This document shows, piece after piece, positions 1 to 11,779 of a stretch of DNA of 64,000 bases (position 1 is its first letter; each line of letters opens with the position of its first letter). The notes beneath the pieces are model-generated. The model worked only from the letters and a program-made list of their open reading frames with translations. It did not search any database and was not told the DNA's origin. The stretch comes from Leucoraja erinacea (taxonomy: Eukaryota). The translations under genes and the position numbers were made by a program. The stretch covers positions 32,922,001-32,986,000 of the forward strand of contig NC_073387.1 of NCBI RefSeq assembly GCF_028641065.1, given 5' to 3'.

Positions 1-150
1 TGCATAATTTCTCATTTATCAAGTACAATCCTTCGTGGAGGTTCTTCATTGTTGGATTAGTATTAGCCTGCTCCATCTCAGTTACCTCCTGTGTTGTATT
101 CTCCAGCAAATCAGCCACTGCCAGGATATCTTTGCAAAAACTATGGATAC
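1..150 (-). CDS. GRPEL2: GrpE-like co-chaperone, exon 4, runs off the window edge (GIHSFCKDILAVADLLENTTQEVTEMEQANTNPTMKNLHEGLYLINEKL)
   Basis: Acceptor cctcactag|GT in phase 1. Clear match to the GRPEL GIQSFCKDL.EVAD.LE motif. GRPEL2 rather than GRPEL1 is inferred from the exon 2/3 residues and overall divergence. Confidence 0.9.
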
Positions 151-649
151 CTAGTGAGGCAAAATAAAGCTTCTGTAAAAACATCCAAATTGTAGAATCT
201 TCTAATTGGAACTAGATCAACACAAACTAAGATTTCCAATAAATCTCCGAGCACAATAATCTGCATTAACATGCATTCCAAAACATATTAACTAATTTAA
301 AAAAAACCGTAGGCACAAGATAACCTTATTCCCCTTCTTCACAAATTTGAATGTCAGTGGTCCATTTTTTTCTGTACTCACATCTTAATCACTTTTTTAC
401 ATATACCAAAGTATCTTCAATTGTATCAGGAGAAACCAGGAAACAAGCTAAACTTCAATCCCTAGTTGCCCCTACACCATTTGGCTGGCCGAAGGCAGCT
501 AAGAGTCAAGCCCATTCCAGAGATATACTGGTGAATCTGACAGCAATTAGGCTCTTTATTCCAACCAAATTTAAATTCCCCATCTGCACCGACGAGTCTT
601 GAGATTATTAGTCCATGTGACTTGATTGCACCTTTTTGTTTTCTCAATT

Positions 650-985
650 AGAATCACATAGTCTTACAGAGTAGAAACAGGCCCCTCAGCCCAACTAGCC
701 CACATCAGCGAATATGCTCCACCTACACTAGTCCCACGCCTGTATATGGCCCATATATTCCTCTAATGTCATGTTGTTACTTGTGGGCGGAGCACTAAGG
801 CAAATTCCTTGTATGTGAATACTTGGCCAATAAACTTCCTTACTTAAACCTGTCCTATCCATATACCTGTCTAAATGTTTCTTAAACATTGTGATAGTAC
901 CTCCCCCAACTACCTCCTCCAGCAACTAGTTCCATACACCCACCACCCTTTGTGTGAAAAGGGTATCCCTCAGGTTCCTATTAAA
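650..985 (-). mobile_element. CR1-type LINE 3' end fragment
   Basis: ORF2 C-terminus EVV...FKKHLDRYMD followed by the CR1 3' UTR; homologous to other copies in the window. Confidence 0.75.
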
Positions 986-1166
986 TCAAATTGTGACATT
1001 CCATGCTTTTATCCCACTGCAATAACATCCAAATCTCACTTTCAACTCATTTTATATTGATAAGATTATGAAGTTGTTCTATTGTAGCTATTAGTCATTA
1101 TTTTGCAGGAAATCCTTACATTAATTCTCAAGCCGTACAAAAATTTACACTAGAAAATCTTCTCAC

Positions 1167-1248
1167 CATATATTCTGGCATCTTCTACACTTTTTCGAAC
1201 TCGCCTATTGGTGTCTTCAGCATGGGCTAAAACCCTTTTATAATTCTC
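1167..1248 (-). CDS. GRPEL2: GrpE-like co-chaperone, exon 3 (ENYKRVLAHAEDTNRRVRKSVEDARIYG)
   Basis: 82-nt exon flanked by ttttgtag| and G|gtgaga. Matches the GrpE motif Y.R.LA..EN.R.R....EDAK.YG. Confidence 0.9.
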
Positions 1249-1589
1249 CTACAAAACCAAACACGAGATTAAACAAACACTTAAAATATATTTTTGTAGA
1301 AAAAGTTCATACAGTTAAGATTCCAAAATATACATTGGGTTCCATTTCAAGGCAATTATACTTTATTCAGGGATGCTTGTTTTAAGCCCATATCACCTAT
1401 TTCCTCAAATTGTTCAATGATCATTCTGTAAAATACTAATACTTCAGTCTTTCAAAACAAACACTATCGAGTTGGAAATGTGCGCAGTTCAATATATTTT
1501 CCAAATATTCAGTATGCAGCTGAAGAAATCTAGAGGGATAAAAAAACAATCATTCAATAAACCACCACAGGTGAATATGATGAAGACAT

Positions 1590-2545
1590 ATGGCAGTTTT
1601 GCCTTCATAGATCAGGGAACAGACCACAAGGGTTTGGATGTTTTGTTGCAACGTTAACAAAACACAAGCTTAGCTGCATTTTAGAGTATTGTGTGCAGTT
1701 CTGGTTATCACACTCCATGAACGGTGCAATTGTGCTGGTTGCAGGAGATTCACCAGGAAGCTGACTGGATAAGAGTTATGGATAGAATAGACAAGCAGGG
1801 CTTGTTTTCCCTGAAGCAAAGGGGCAGAGGTGCAACCTAATAAAAAATGCATAAAATTATGGGATGCAGAGATAGTGGGAAGGGTTCAAAAACAAGAGCA
1901 TACAACTTTAAGTTTTAACGGGAATCATGAGGCAATCAAGTCCCGCCACCCCCGACCAATCGGACAGCACTCAATATCTAGTACACTCTGCCAGAGGAAA
2001 CAGTGCAAATATCCTCAATTGCCATATTTACAAAGTATTTAGACAGACTCTTAAATAGGCAAAGCATAGAAATCGTGCTATAGAGGACGTTACTGGTTCT
2101 GGAGAATGAATTATAAGAGGCTAGATGGTATTTCCCCCCCCCCAATGTAGCAGTGAATAATTAGTTTTTCCCAGCGGAATTACGGGGCATTGGTTTAAGG
2201 CAAGAGAAAACATTAAAAGGGACCCAATACAAAGGTTTACTTTTTCCATGCAAAGGCAAATGCATATATGGAATGAACTGCCAGAAGAAATGGTAAGAGT
2301 ACAATTCTGACATCGGAAAGATACTAGAAAGGAAAAATTGGGAGGGATATGGGCCAGGCTCTGGCAACTGGGACGAGCAGAGTTGGGAAACTTGGTCAGC
2401 ATGGACAAGTTGCCATGAAGGGCAAATGACACTGCCGTTTAGCTCAATGAATCCAACGTGGGCAAATGGAATTGGATGGACAAACTAGTTAGCATGGACG
2501 TGGTGCGTTGATGGGCCCGTTACTGCGCTTTACTTCTCTATGATT
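1590..2545 (+). mobile_element. Degenerate CR1 LINE 3' fragments
   Basis: Remnants of LEYCVQFW (ttagagtattgtgtgcagttctgg), WNELPEE and CR1 3' UTR pieces. Confidence 0.6.
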
Positions 2546-3629
2546 ATCCATCAATGATCAGCTGAAGCACAAAAATCAAAGGTTTTGTCCTTTGCCTCTA
2601 TTGTATGAGCCAATCGCAGACTGGCTCATACAATAGAGTGTGCTAATAATCTGACTCTGTCAAAATGACACTTGAAAAACACAGGCAGATCAGGAAAACG
2701 CGCAATTTAACACCGATAATATTTAACATATATAGTGCAATGCAACTTACATAAAATATTAACTTAAGTTACTCAGTAAAGTTGCTTCCTAAAAAATTGC
2801 AACCAATTCCCAGTTTGCCACCATTTTCCCCACATGAAGTTGGCTTGATTTGTTCAGAATCAAGAGCTTGTTCTCAACAAACTCCTGACAACACACCTTC
2901 AACTTCAAGAATCCGAGCCCCTGCAACTCGGGTTTCATAACAATCGCTCATCCACCTTGATGCTGCAAGTCACTGCAGATAGCATTCGGATGGTCCGGTG
3001 CAGAATCCAAACTTCTGATGTTCCACATAGGCCTGAAATTTGGCTTCAGGAATACAATTCAATTATTAGAATGCAAGGTTATAATCCAGCACACTTTAAA
3101 TATCACTTTCAAGTAACATTTGCTCACACCAGTGTTAAAACTATATACAATTCCTTATTTGGGAGCTAATTACAAACTAACCGCAACAAAATAAAATTAA
3201 AAATTTGTTCCAATACCATAAAAAGACAAAAACGTTTACCTGTATATCATATTACATGCGATCGTTTATTGTCAATAAGGCAAATCAAAATCAACAATGA
3301 CAAATGTAATGCTTCTATTAAGCATCTTGAAAGTAAATGTGTGTCTTGCTGGCCAATAATCAACAATCTGAACTGTTGAATTTAAAGCATTTGTAATTTC
3401 ATCAGCCAATGACAAATTAAATGTGCTGTGGATAAGACATGCATACAATAGTTAGAAAAGCCGGAGATATTCAGCAAGTCATTTAGACTTTGCAGAGAGA
3501 AGCAGCCATTGCCGCAAGTCAGTGATCTTTCAGAAGGCCATTGCCTTAAGTCTGCGACACGCTGCATCTTTCAATTCAATTAAAAAATGGAAAAAGTCTT
3601 GGATTTCAGGCCAATGGTCTTTTCTAGTA

Positions 3630-4928
3630 CAGGTGCACAACCTTTTATCCGGAAATTCCAAATAACGAAAAGCTCCGAAACAGCGGACATTTTTTCGGTC
3701 CTTGAAGAAAACTCCTTGAAGACGTTCACCGAGGGCAACCCGCAGAGGTGACAGCGGAACCTCCGGTTGGTCCTCGAAGAAAGGGGAACTAAATCCCCGT
3801 TCATAAAAGAGAAGGTGAGGGTATATTGCGCGGGAGGGTTAATAATTGACAATCTGCTGCTGCCTGCCCGCCGAGTTAAAAAGTTCCCACGGTAGATTCA
3901 CGATACACAGTGTATCGTGAGTCTTGTGTGGGAACTTTTTAACTCAGCGGGCAGGCAGCAGCAGATTGTTGCTCCCTTCAGTTTCACCCCACCTACACCC
4001 CTCTGCTTCCCGGCCATTGCACCGGTGCGGGGGCTTTGCACTGTCTTCACATTGGCGATGCCAGCAGGTCAGTGCCAGTCACTGGAGACGTCAGGACCAA
4101 CGGGACACCGACCCCCAAGCCCACTGCAAGCACGGAGATCCCAGAGACGCACAGCCAGCAGCAGCCCAGCCCCGTTCCAACTCCAGAGGAAAACTGCAAA
4201 CTGGCCGGAGACGTCAGGACCACCAGAAGCCGCTCCCCGATGGGCTGCTACGGCGACAAGTGGCAGTTCGCCCACAGCCTGAGCTGCGCCCTCTCATCGG
4301 GACACCGACCCCCAGGCCCACTGCAAGCATGGAGATCTCAGATCAGCAACTCCAGCCCAGCCCTGCTCCAACTCCAGAGGAACACGCTCCCCGTAGGGGC
4401 AGAAGCTGATGGTGTGCAAGGTACGTCTTGTTCTTGGGGTGGCGCAGCTCGGGCTGTGGGCGAACTGCCACTTGTCGCCGTAGCGGCCCATCGGGGAGCA
4501 GATTCCTCTGGAGTTGGAGGGGGTGGTGGGTATTGTGCTGTTTGATCGCCCCCTGCTATCCCAGGGACAGGGAGACGGCGGCTTTTGAGAATGGTGGGCA
4601 ATCACTTCCAAAGTTGTGCCCACAGTCAGTACACCTCTCCTACACTTGTCTCCCGCACTAAGATCATCTCGCAGGGAATGATCCCAGCCTAACCCTCCCT
4701 ATTCTCTCCTATTCTGCAAGAAAAAACTACATTGAAGACTCAAACTCGCGCTCGAGCAACTGCCGGGATCGAGGCGCAAACTCGCGACCTTGCGGATATG
4801 AGCCGAGCACTACTACTGAGCCAGCCGTTAAAATCTATGCTAAAAATCTTCCATTCCGAAAGCCGAAAAATTCCGAATTACGAAAAGTGTCTGGTCCCAA
4901 GGCTTTCGGATAAAAGGTTGTGCACCTG
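3630..4928. mobile_element. Non-autonomous Tc1/mariner (pogo/Tigger-like) MITE, 1.3 kb, in intron 2
   Basis: TIRs CAGGTGCACAACCTTTTATCCG / CGGATAAAAGGTTGTGCACCTG with TA on both sides (3628-3629, 4929-4930). No transposase. Confidence 0.85.
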
Positions 4929-6129
4929 TACCGTTGAAAAGTGCAGAAACTGCCTGGCCGGCTAATTATTTCCAGCACCTAAAATGTTATTTCACTTTTC
5001 TTTGTAAAGGCACTAGTATAAAGTGCCTTATCACAGTTTTGCCTCAGGAACTTATTTCCATTTCATATTTTCAGCATCTGCAGTTTTTTTTGTTTTCAAA
5101 TGATGGTATGCAGATGACTGATCAAATCAAATACTGTACCACCAAAAGGCAGTCAGAGATTTAATGGCTTCTGTGAAAGATACAAGGTCCTTCCATGTGG
5201 CCAGCAAAGTTGCAAAATAAAGTAGAGTGACATGAAAAAGTGTTTTTGTATGTTTTGCTAGTTTTCCATTACTTCAACGTTCAGCCATGCATCCACTTGC
5301 TTCAAAAACTTGTATTTATTCCCAACAGATATTTGCATTCTTTTAATCTGCTTTAAGCAGCAAATTGCTCAGCATAACTTTCCAGGCACAATCCAAATAT
5401 TACTAATGAATAATTTATTCTTGGAACTTAGCAAGAATCTTATAAATTCCTATGCCATTCAACCTTGTAGCCTCTGGGCATGACCTTTGCTGGAATTACA
5501 TAATTCCCGAGACAAAGTCACACAACTGAGGTAGATTGCAACATCTAATCAAAACACCAACATTATCTGGCTCAGCAAATAAGATATGTTTTGTATTCAA
5601 GGAAGGTTACAAAGATTTGTTTTTATGTGCATCCCCAAACTATGATTTTATAGCTTCACAAATACTGGTATTCAGACAAATAGGTACTAGTTCAGAGTGT
5701 AAACATGAGTAATATTATACTGACAATCATACATAACAATCAGGATAATGCATGGAGCAAGAATTTTCTGAACCATGTCCTACCCAGACAGATACAAAAT
5801 AAACTAATTGGATTTGAGTGGATGCATCAATTGTCAGCTTCCTCCAAAGACCCATAGATTTTAACATGGTTCCATCTGATAAGAAAGTAGCAGAGGAGGA
5901 AGAAAGATACTGAACCATACAACAGTTAGCCTCATATCAGTGGCAGGGGAATTTGATGGCATCTAGTATTATGCAAGAGATAAATAGGGCATAATATAAT
6001 TGGGCTGTTTTATAAGAGAAATCATGTATACAAATCAAGTAGTGTTTCCAGAGATTACAACTAGAAAAATAATGGCAAGCCACTAGAGCTGGTGCATTTG
6101 GACTTTCAGGAGATCTTTTATAAAGCATC

Positions 6130-6410
6130 ACACCAGCACCAGACACCCTCGTGCAATCGTGACTACGGGTGCTGCCTCTGTGGAGTTTGTACATTCTCCC
6201 TGTGACAGCATAGGTAGATCTCTGGATGCTCCGGTTTTCTCCCACATTCCAAATACATGCAAGTTTGTAGGTTAATTGGTTTCTGTAAATTGCCTCTAGT
6301 GTGCAAGTTGCAAAAGTGGGATAACTACAGTATAGGAAATCGATGTTTGGCGTGGACTCGTTGGGCCAAAGGACCCGCTTCAACGCTGTATCTCTAAAAC
6401 TAAACAAAGA
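6130..6410 (+). mobile_element. V-SINE (HE1-like) tRNA-derived SINE
   Basis: V-domain core gtggagtttgtacattctcc...gctccggttttctcccacattccaaa and a CR1-like tail ending in (ctaaa)n. Confidence 0.75.
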
Positions 6411-7369
6411 TTATTAAACAAATTTAGGGAATACGGTATGGGGGGTGGAAAATATTGGTGTGAACTAAGAATCAGTGAATGTATAAAAGAGAAAATAAGA
6501 ATTTATTGGGGGGCTGTCACAACTCATTGCAGCAGAGACCACTGCTGTTCGTAATCTACAAAAAAATGCTTTGAACCCAGATTCCCTCATCTACGTTTAC
6601 TGACAATACTAAGCTGGGAGTCAGTGTCGGTTGTAACAGGGGTACAGAGAGATATCAGGAGAGGAGAGACTGGGTATGTGGGTGGAGAAGAACATGACAC
6701 ACAGCATTCACCAAATTTGTAATAAATGGATAGGCCCACCATCAAATTTCCAGCACCCTTGGCTCCAGAGCCTTTCTGGATATCAGTCTTGCTAGACCAG
6801 AGGTCACGGCCTCAGTAGTCCAATAGTACCGGAACAGTCCACTGAGGCTGTCAGTGAGCCAGCATACTGGCCCGCAAAGTTGGCTATGGGAACGGATCTG
6901 CGGGCTCTGGCCGGGCTAGAGTTCTAAAGCCCGGCTACAGGTGGCAAGTCCAACCTACCGATCAGCTGCAGAAATCCAGATGATGTAGAGATTAACCAGC
7001 TCCCCTGGCCTAGGTACCACATTTTGGGGAGGGGTGCGTGGATTTTATGTGTGGTCATCTAATTTTGTCCAGATTGGAGGGGATGAGCCACCAGTTGCCA
7101 GAAAATCAGTAGCAGACCTGTCTATGCATAATTATTCATCTGAAATTACTACAAAATAGATTATAGAACCTAAAACTTAATTTTACGATACAACTTTTGA
7201 CAGCAAATAACTGTTCCCATTATAAAGTTACTATCAAGCACTGAATTTCACCAGGTGAGCAACTTCTAACTAGTGAAAGTGTGCACGCATGGGTTAAAAA
7301 CATGGTAGCAAATAGAGGCTTGGCTGCAGATTCTATTTTTGTCGCAATTTCTGCCAAAGTAAGACTTGC

Positions 7370-7565
7370 CTGCAAGGTCCGATATTCTCTGTCCAACTCA
7401 TTCAATTTGAGTCGCAGCATTCTTTGACTGGCACAGGGACTAGAATTCGTCTTGTGCTGCACTGTGTTTTCAGCACAGCACTTATTAGCCTTTGCAGTAT
7501 TCAATGAATCTTGAGTTTCTTCAGTTTTGTGTTGAGTAGGAGTAGCACAGAGGGTCAAAAAACTC
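7370..7565 (-). CDS. GRPEL2: GrpE-like co-chaperone, exon 2 (SFLTLCATPTQHK...QRMLRLKLNELDREYRTLQ)
   Basis: Acceptor ttctag|G in phase 2. Open frame within ORF 7220..7576. The end resembles the GRPEL2 coiled-coil start (human ERALRVKAVKLEKEVQDLT). Ends CAG|GCAAGT (GC donor) in phase 0, in frame with exon 3. Confidence 0.78.
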
Positions 7566-9200
7566 CTAGAATTCAAACATACAGCACATGATTTAGAAAT
7601 AAATTCAATTTATATTGTTCAGCCTTAGAATATTCCATAGTATTTATGCAATGCAATAACAGTTCTACTTCCAATGGTTATAATCACATCACCTACAATC
7701 ATATTAAAGCGGCAAAGCATACTTGATGTTTTGCCCCTTCCAATTTGTATAGTCATAAGAGGTTAGTATGTTAAATGACTAGTTAAAAAAAAAGGTTCAT
7801 TCGTGTTCTCAAAAGGCGAGGCACATTATCGTTTACCACCAGGTCAGGCTGAAAGCTTAGACCAGTAAACCATACACACCACTCACTGCCACACAGCAGA
7901 AACTAGAGTATTTATTTTAAGGGATTGTTGCCAAGAACAACCAGGCCATTTGCATTTTCTGCGCCAAAATGTGAATTTACTTTCTTCAGTAGCATATAAA
8001 CATGATAAACCCCACCCCGTGCCCTAATCTCAACCTAAATCAAAGTCTGTGGTAACAGAATATAACATAATTCCCAGCAATTCTCAGATATGAATCCTCA
8101 AAAGCAGAAGATAATTACAAATATTCACACCTGAAAGGAAAAAATTGCCAGAACCAATGCCATCTGACACCTAGCACTCAGTTTACTGGGCAGCTGTGAA
8201 TTATAAAACCATTAACTGTACGTGCAGGAGAGTGCATACAGCATGTCTGCCACCCTGTAATTCTGCACCCAATTCTTTAAACGGCATTTTTTAAATGCTG
8301 GATTTCAGATGCAAGTAGCACTCACGGGACTTTTACTATTTCATGACATAGTGCCTAATCCTATTCTCCACATTCTGGCAGTCTTGCCACCATATAAATG
8401 TACTTTAATAAACGTACTACGTGCACCTTTACGATCATGGCTTACTTCATGCACAGATAAACTAAACTGAACATGAAACATCAGTCTTAAATTGAATGTT
8501 ATCAATTTATTGGGAATAGCAGACAGCACCTCAAATTAGTTTTCTATCCCCAACCGCCTGTGTTCATGCTGTTCTATTAGCACCTTAATTATCGTTGGGA
8601 ATCAGAAAAAGTGGTTTTAATCCCTGGCAAGTGTATCAAACAGCATCCATTGAGGCAAAACTTTTGCATCAACTCCCGACATTGGGACCTCATGCAAGAT
8701 CTTGAATCAGACTGCCCACTATTCACTAGTTTCCACAGATGCTGCTCAATCTGCTGAGTTCTAAATCATTAATAAGAAGCTGGGATCCAAGCAATAAATC
8801 CTGCAGTGCCCTTTGCCTGTCAATCAAAAATGCCAGAACCAATGCCTGTTCATACCTACTGTTTCCAATCTGCCAACCAATTGTCTATGAAAGCATATGA
8901 CTAATATATGCTGAACGTTTGACAGCACTAGGCCTGTATTCGCTGGAGTTTGGAAGTACGAGGGGGGACCTCATTGAAACGTACCTAACAGTGAAAGCCT
9001 TGGATAGAGTAGATGTGAAGAGGATGTTTCCACTAGTGGGAGAGTCTAGGATTAGAGGTCATGCCCTCAGAATTAAAGGACATACCCACTCGCTTCATGA
9101 CCCTTGCAGTGTACAGTTTGTGTGTAGATTAGACAGCGGTTTCGCCAAACACACTGTCTGCACATCAAGGCCAGCATCTACCCATGCACCAGTACTTCTA

Positions 9201-9770
9201 CAGTACCCTCTATAATATTTGGGACAGACCAATCATTTATTTATTTGCCTCTGTACTCCACAATCTGAGATTTGTAATAGGAAAAAAATCATATGTGGTT
9301 AAAGTGCACATTGTCACATTTTAATAAAGGCCATTTTTATACATTTTCGTTTTACCATATAGAAATTACAGCTGTGTTCATACATAGTCCCGTCCCTCCC
9401 CCCCCATTTCAGGGCACCATAATGTCTGGGACACATGGCGTCACAGGATTTTATAATTGCTCAGTTGTGTTTAATTGCCTCCTTATGCAGGTATAAGAGA
9501 GCTCTCAGCACCTTGTCTTTCCATTTGGAAATTTTTAGTGGCGTTTATCAACACGAGGACCAAAGTTGTGCCAATGAAAGTCAAATAAGCCATTGTGAGA
9601 CTGGGAATCCAGAATAAAACTGTTAAAGAGACATCAGCCAACCCTTAGGCTTACCAAAATCAACTGTTGGGGGACCATCATTAGGAGAGTACTGGTGAGT
9701 TTACTAATCACAAAGGGACTGGCAGGCAAATGAAACCTCCACAGCTGATGGCAGAAGAATTATCGCTATA
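9201..9770 (+). mobile_element. Tc1-like DNA transposon, left end and decayed transposase N-terminus
   Basis: Starts TA|CAGTACCCTC. Frameshifted paired-type HTH (RTKVVPMKVK.AI..., RDISQPLGLPKSTV, TGR..TST.ADGRRI). Confidence 0.75.
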
Positions 9771-11195
9771 ATAAAGATCCCTCTGCTCTACAACACTACC
9801 CAGAGGCCTGAAATTTACTGTGTAGGTCCTGCTCTTTGGTAGTTTGATAATTTGATAAGAGTGTTTATTTAACATCACCAGTGAGCAACACAGATGGCTA
9901 CAATGCAAATGACACCATCAAAATAATCTGCAATCTATTAGAGTTCCTGGAATCTGACAAAGCGTTGACATTATCTTGTAACAAGAGTACAAACCAGTTT
10001 AATGGCGTTGAAGGGGGAAAAAACCGCTCCGCGATCCTCTACTCCCCTCCCCCCCGGACCAAGGAAATTACCGTCGATGAAGCAGCAGCAAAATGTCCGA
10101 TCACACAAAGGAATTGCCAGCCTTTTTTCCCCACCAGACCTATGCTCATATTGAAAATATGTAACTGGAAATTATAGATTTCTTAATTTGTGACCATGTT
10201 TCATAGTCAACTCGTTTACAAGACGAGCACGAAGGAGTGCCTTTGACATTAATCGTCGTTTATACGACTTTTGCTATAATCTGCTCGAAATTAAACGACG
10301 ATCCAGTGAAGTCACATGTCACTTACACAGATATATTGAAATCCAGGTTTAGATTTAAAGGAATTTGGATTTCTGGCGAATTTACATTTGGTTTTCGGTT
10401 TCATGGACAAACCCCAGTGCGTACGTGTGGATCAGCACGATGCGAAAACCAGTTGCAACCTGGTAAATATCATACTCGGGGTCAAGGCAGCAGTTTATAC
10501 ATCACTTCAGGAGCTATTGATTTTGGAGGATGCTTGGTGCGTAAATTAATATTGACCCACACCCAATCCCCAGACTCCCCTCAGACATGCAATCAACGGA
10601 TCAGACAAAGGCAACGTATTACTGTCGGCAACGAGGGAGAGCAGACACCAAGGCAGCCATATCCCGCGATCAACCTCTTAGTCACGGTGGGGTCGGGAGG
10701 TGAGGGGGGGGGAAGGAGCGTTGGTGGGAACGGCGAGGAGTTCGGGGGGGGGGGGGGGGAGGAGAGAGAGAAAAACGGTCCAGAGTAGGAGGACGACGGG
10801 GCCAGAATAAGGGGTGGAGGGGGATCGGGGGAACTGCAGAGAACGGCTGGGAAGAGTGTGGGGGAAACACGGCTAGAAACGGGGATTACGACGGCGTCGT
10901 TTGGGGAGAAGGTGGAAGAACGGCTGGGTGGGGACACGGATGAGGAGGGGGGCTGCCCGGAGATCAAGAGAACAGCGGCCGAATGGGGAGGGGGATGGAA
11001 GAGCCGCGTACACTGGGAAGAGCCCCAGAAGCCAGTTGTTGTCCAATCCTCCTCACATCCCCATTCACCAACTGGCATCTTCCCCTCAGTTAACGTTGCA
11101 CTCATCAATTCCTCCGTCCCTCAACCTCGCCCCCGTTCCTCAGTCACTCGCCCCTGTTCCTCAGTCACTCAACCCCTTTCCACATCTTCACTCAC

Positions 11196-11251
11196 CTCCC
11201 GCTCTTCCATAGTCGCTTGCTTGCCGCATTACTACCCACACACAAGTACAT
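11196..11251 (-). CDS. GRPEL2: GrpE-like mitochondrial co-chaperone, coding exon 1 (MYLCVGSNAASKRLWKSG-R; likely start of the presequence)
   Basis: gccATG Kozak context at 11251 in a CpG-rich region. Donor AG|GTGAGT. The 56 nt exon ends in phase 2, matching the exon 2 acceptor. The peptide is basic with no acidic residues, like a mitochondrial targeting sequence. Confidence 0.75.
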
Positions 11252-11254
11252 GGC

Positions 11255-11500
11255 CACGATTTTCTCCCGATCGGCAGCCGCTTCCCGCTTTAAATGGCAG
11301 CCGATCGGCGGCCACGCCCCTCCACGTCATACTCCTAAGGCCGCCCCCCCCCCCCCCCCCCCCCCCCCCCCCCACCGCGCGGTGGGCGCGCGAGCAACGG
11401 CCCGCCCCTAACGGCGCGGAAGGAGCCCCACGTGACCACCCCGCTTTGTCCCTGTGATTGATGTGAGTGTCGTCGGTCCACAGCAGAGCACCGCCGGTCG
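11255..11500 (-). promoter_or_regulatory. CpG-rich promoter / 5' UTR of the GrpE-like gene
   Basis: High CpG density in an AT-rich background. Contains a YY1-like GCCATTT, CRE-like ACGTCA (~11324), GC boxes, E-box CACGTGAC (~11429) and a ~29-nt poly-C tract, directly upstream of the exon 1 ATG. Confidence 0.7.
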
Positions 11501-11504
11501 GTAA

Positions 11505-11692
11505 AAACACAGAAAATGCTGGAAGCTGGCAGATTCATCTGTGTAGAGCGAAGCATTTAAAGTTGTGTAACTGAAGAAGGATGTCGACCAGAAACCTCAC
11601 CCATTCCTTCTCTCCAGAGACGGTGCCTGTCCCGCTGAGCATTAGGTGTCTATCTTCGGTGTACGACAGCATCTGCTGTTCTTTCTTACACG
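11505..11692 (+). mobile_element. Short PLE-derived element with degenerate hammerhead-like core (11571-11600)
   Basis: ctgaagaagg...gaaacctcacc followed by the gctgcctgtcccgctgag / cagcatctgc motifs shared with ~10 copies in the window and with the PLE 3' end at 44.1 kb. Confidence 0.65.
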
Positions 11693-11779
11693 TTTAATGT
11701 TTTGACACCTTTACCTTTGTCAGTTCAAGATGTATCATCCGTTTCTTGTCCAACTGTTGCATTTCAGAATAGACCTTTT

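Noticed and set aside
3917-4661. Multiple 100-170 aa ORFs in the first MITE (also 25265-25811 in the second)
   Set aside because: Arise from GC-rich repeated modules; no transposase motifs.
10072-10149. Possible alternative first exon MSIGLVGKKGWQFLCVIGHFAAASST with a GTAATT donor
   Set aside because: Ends in phase 0, out of frame with exon 2. The 11251 exon has better Kozak context, donor and phase.
10430-10507. C/D-box snoRNA-like pattern on the minus strand (GTGATGT ... CTGA)
   Set aside because: Imperfect C box, weak terminal stem, and only a 10-nt 18S-like complement that overlaps the putative D' box; not separable from chance without a covariance search.
10237-11556. Overlapping 170-200 aa ORFs around exon 1
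   Set aside because: Stop-poor GC-rich promoter/intron sequence with homopolymers and no recognisable domain.
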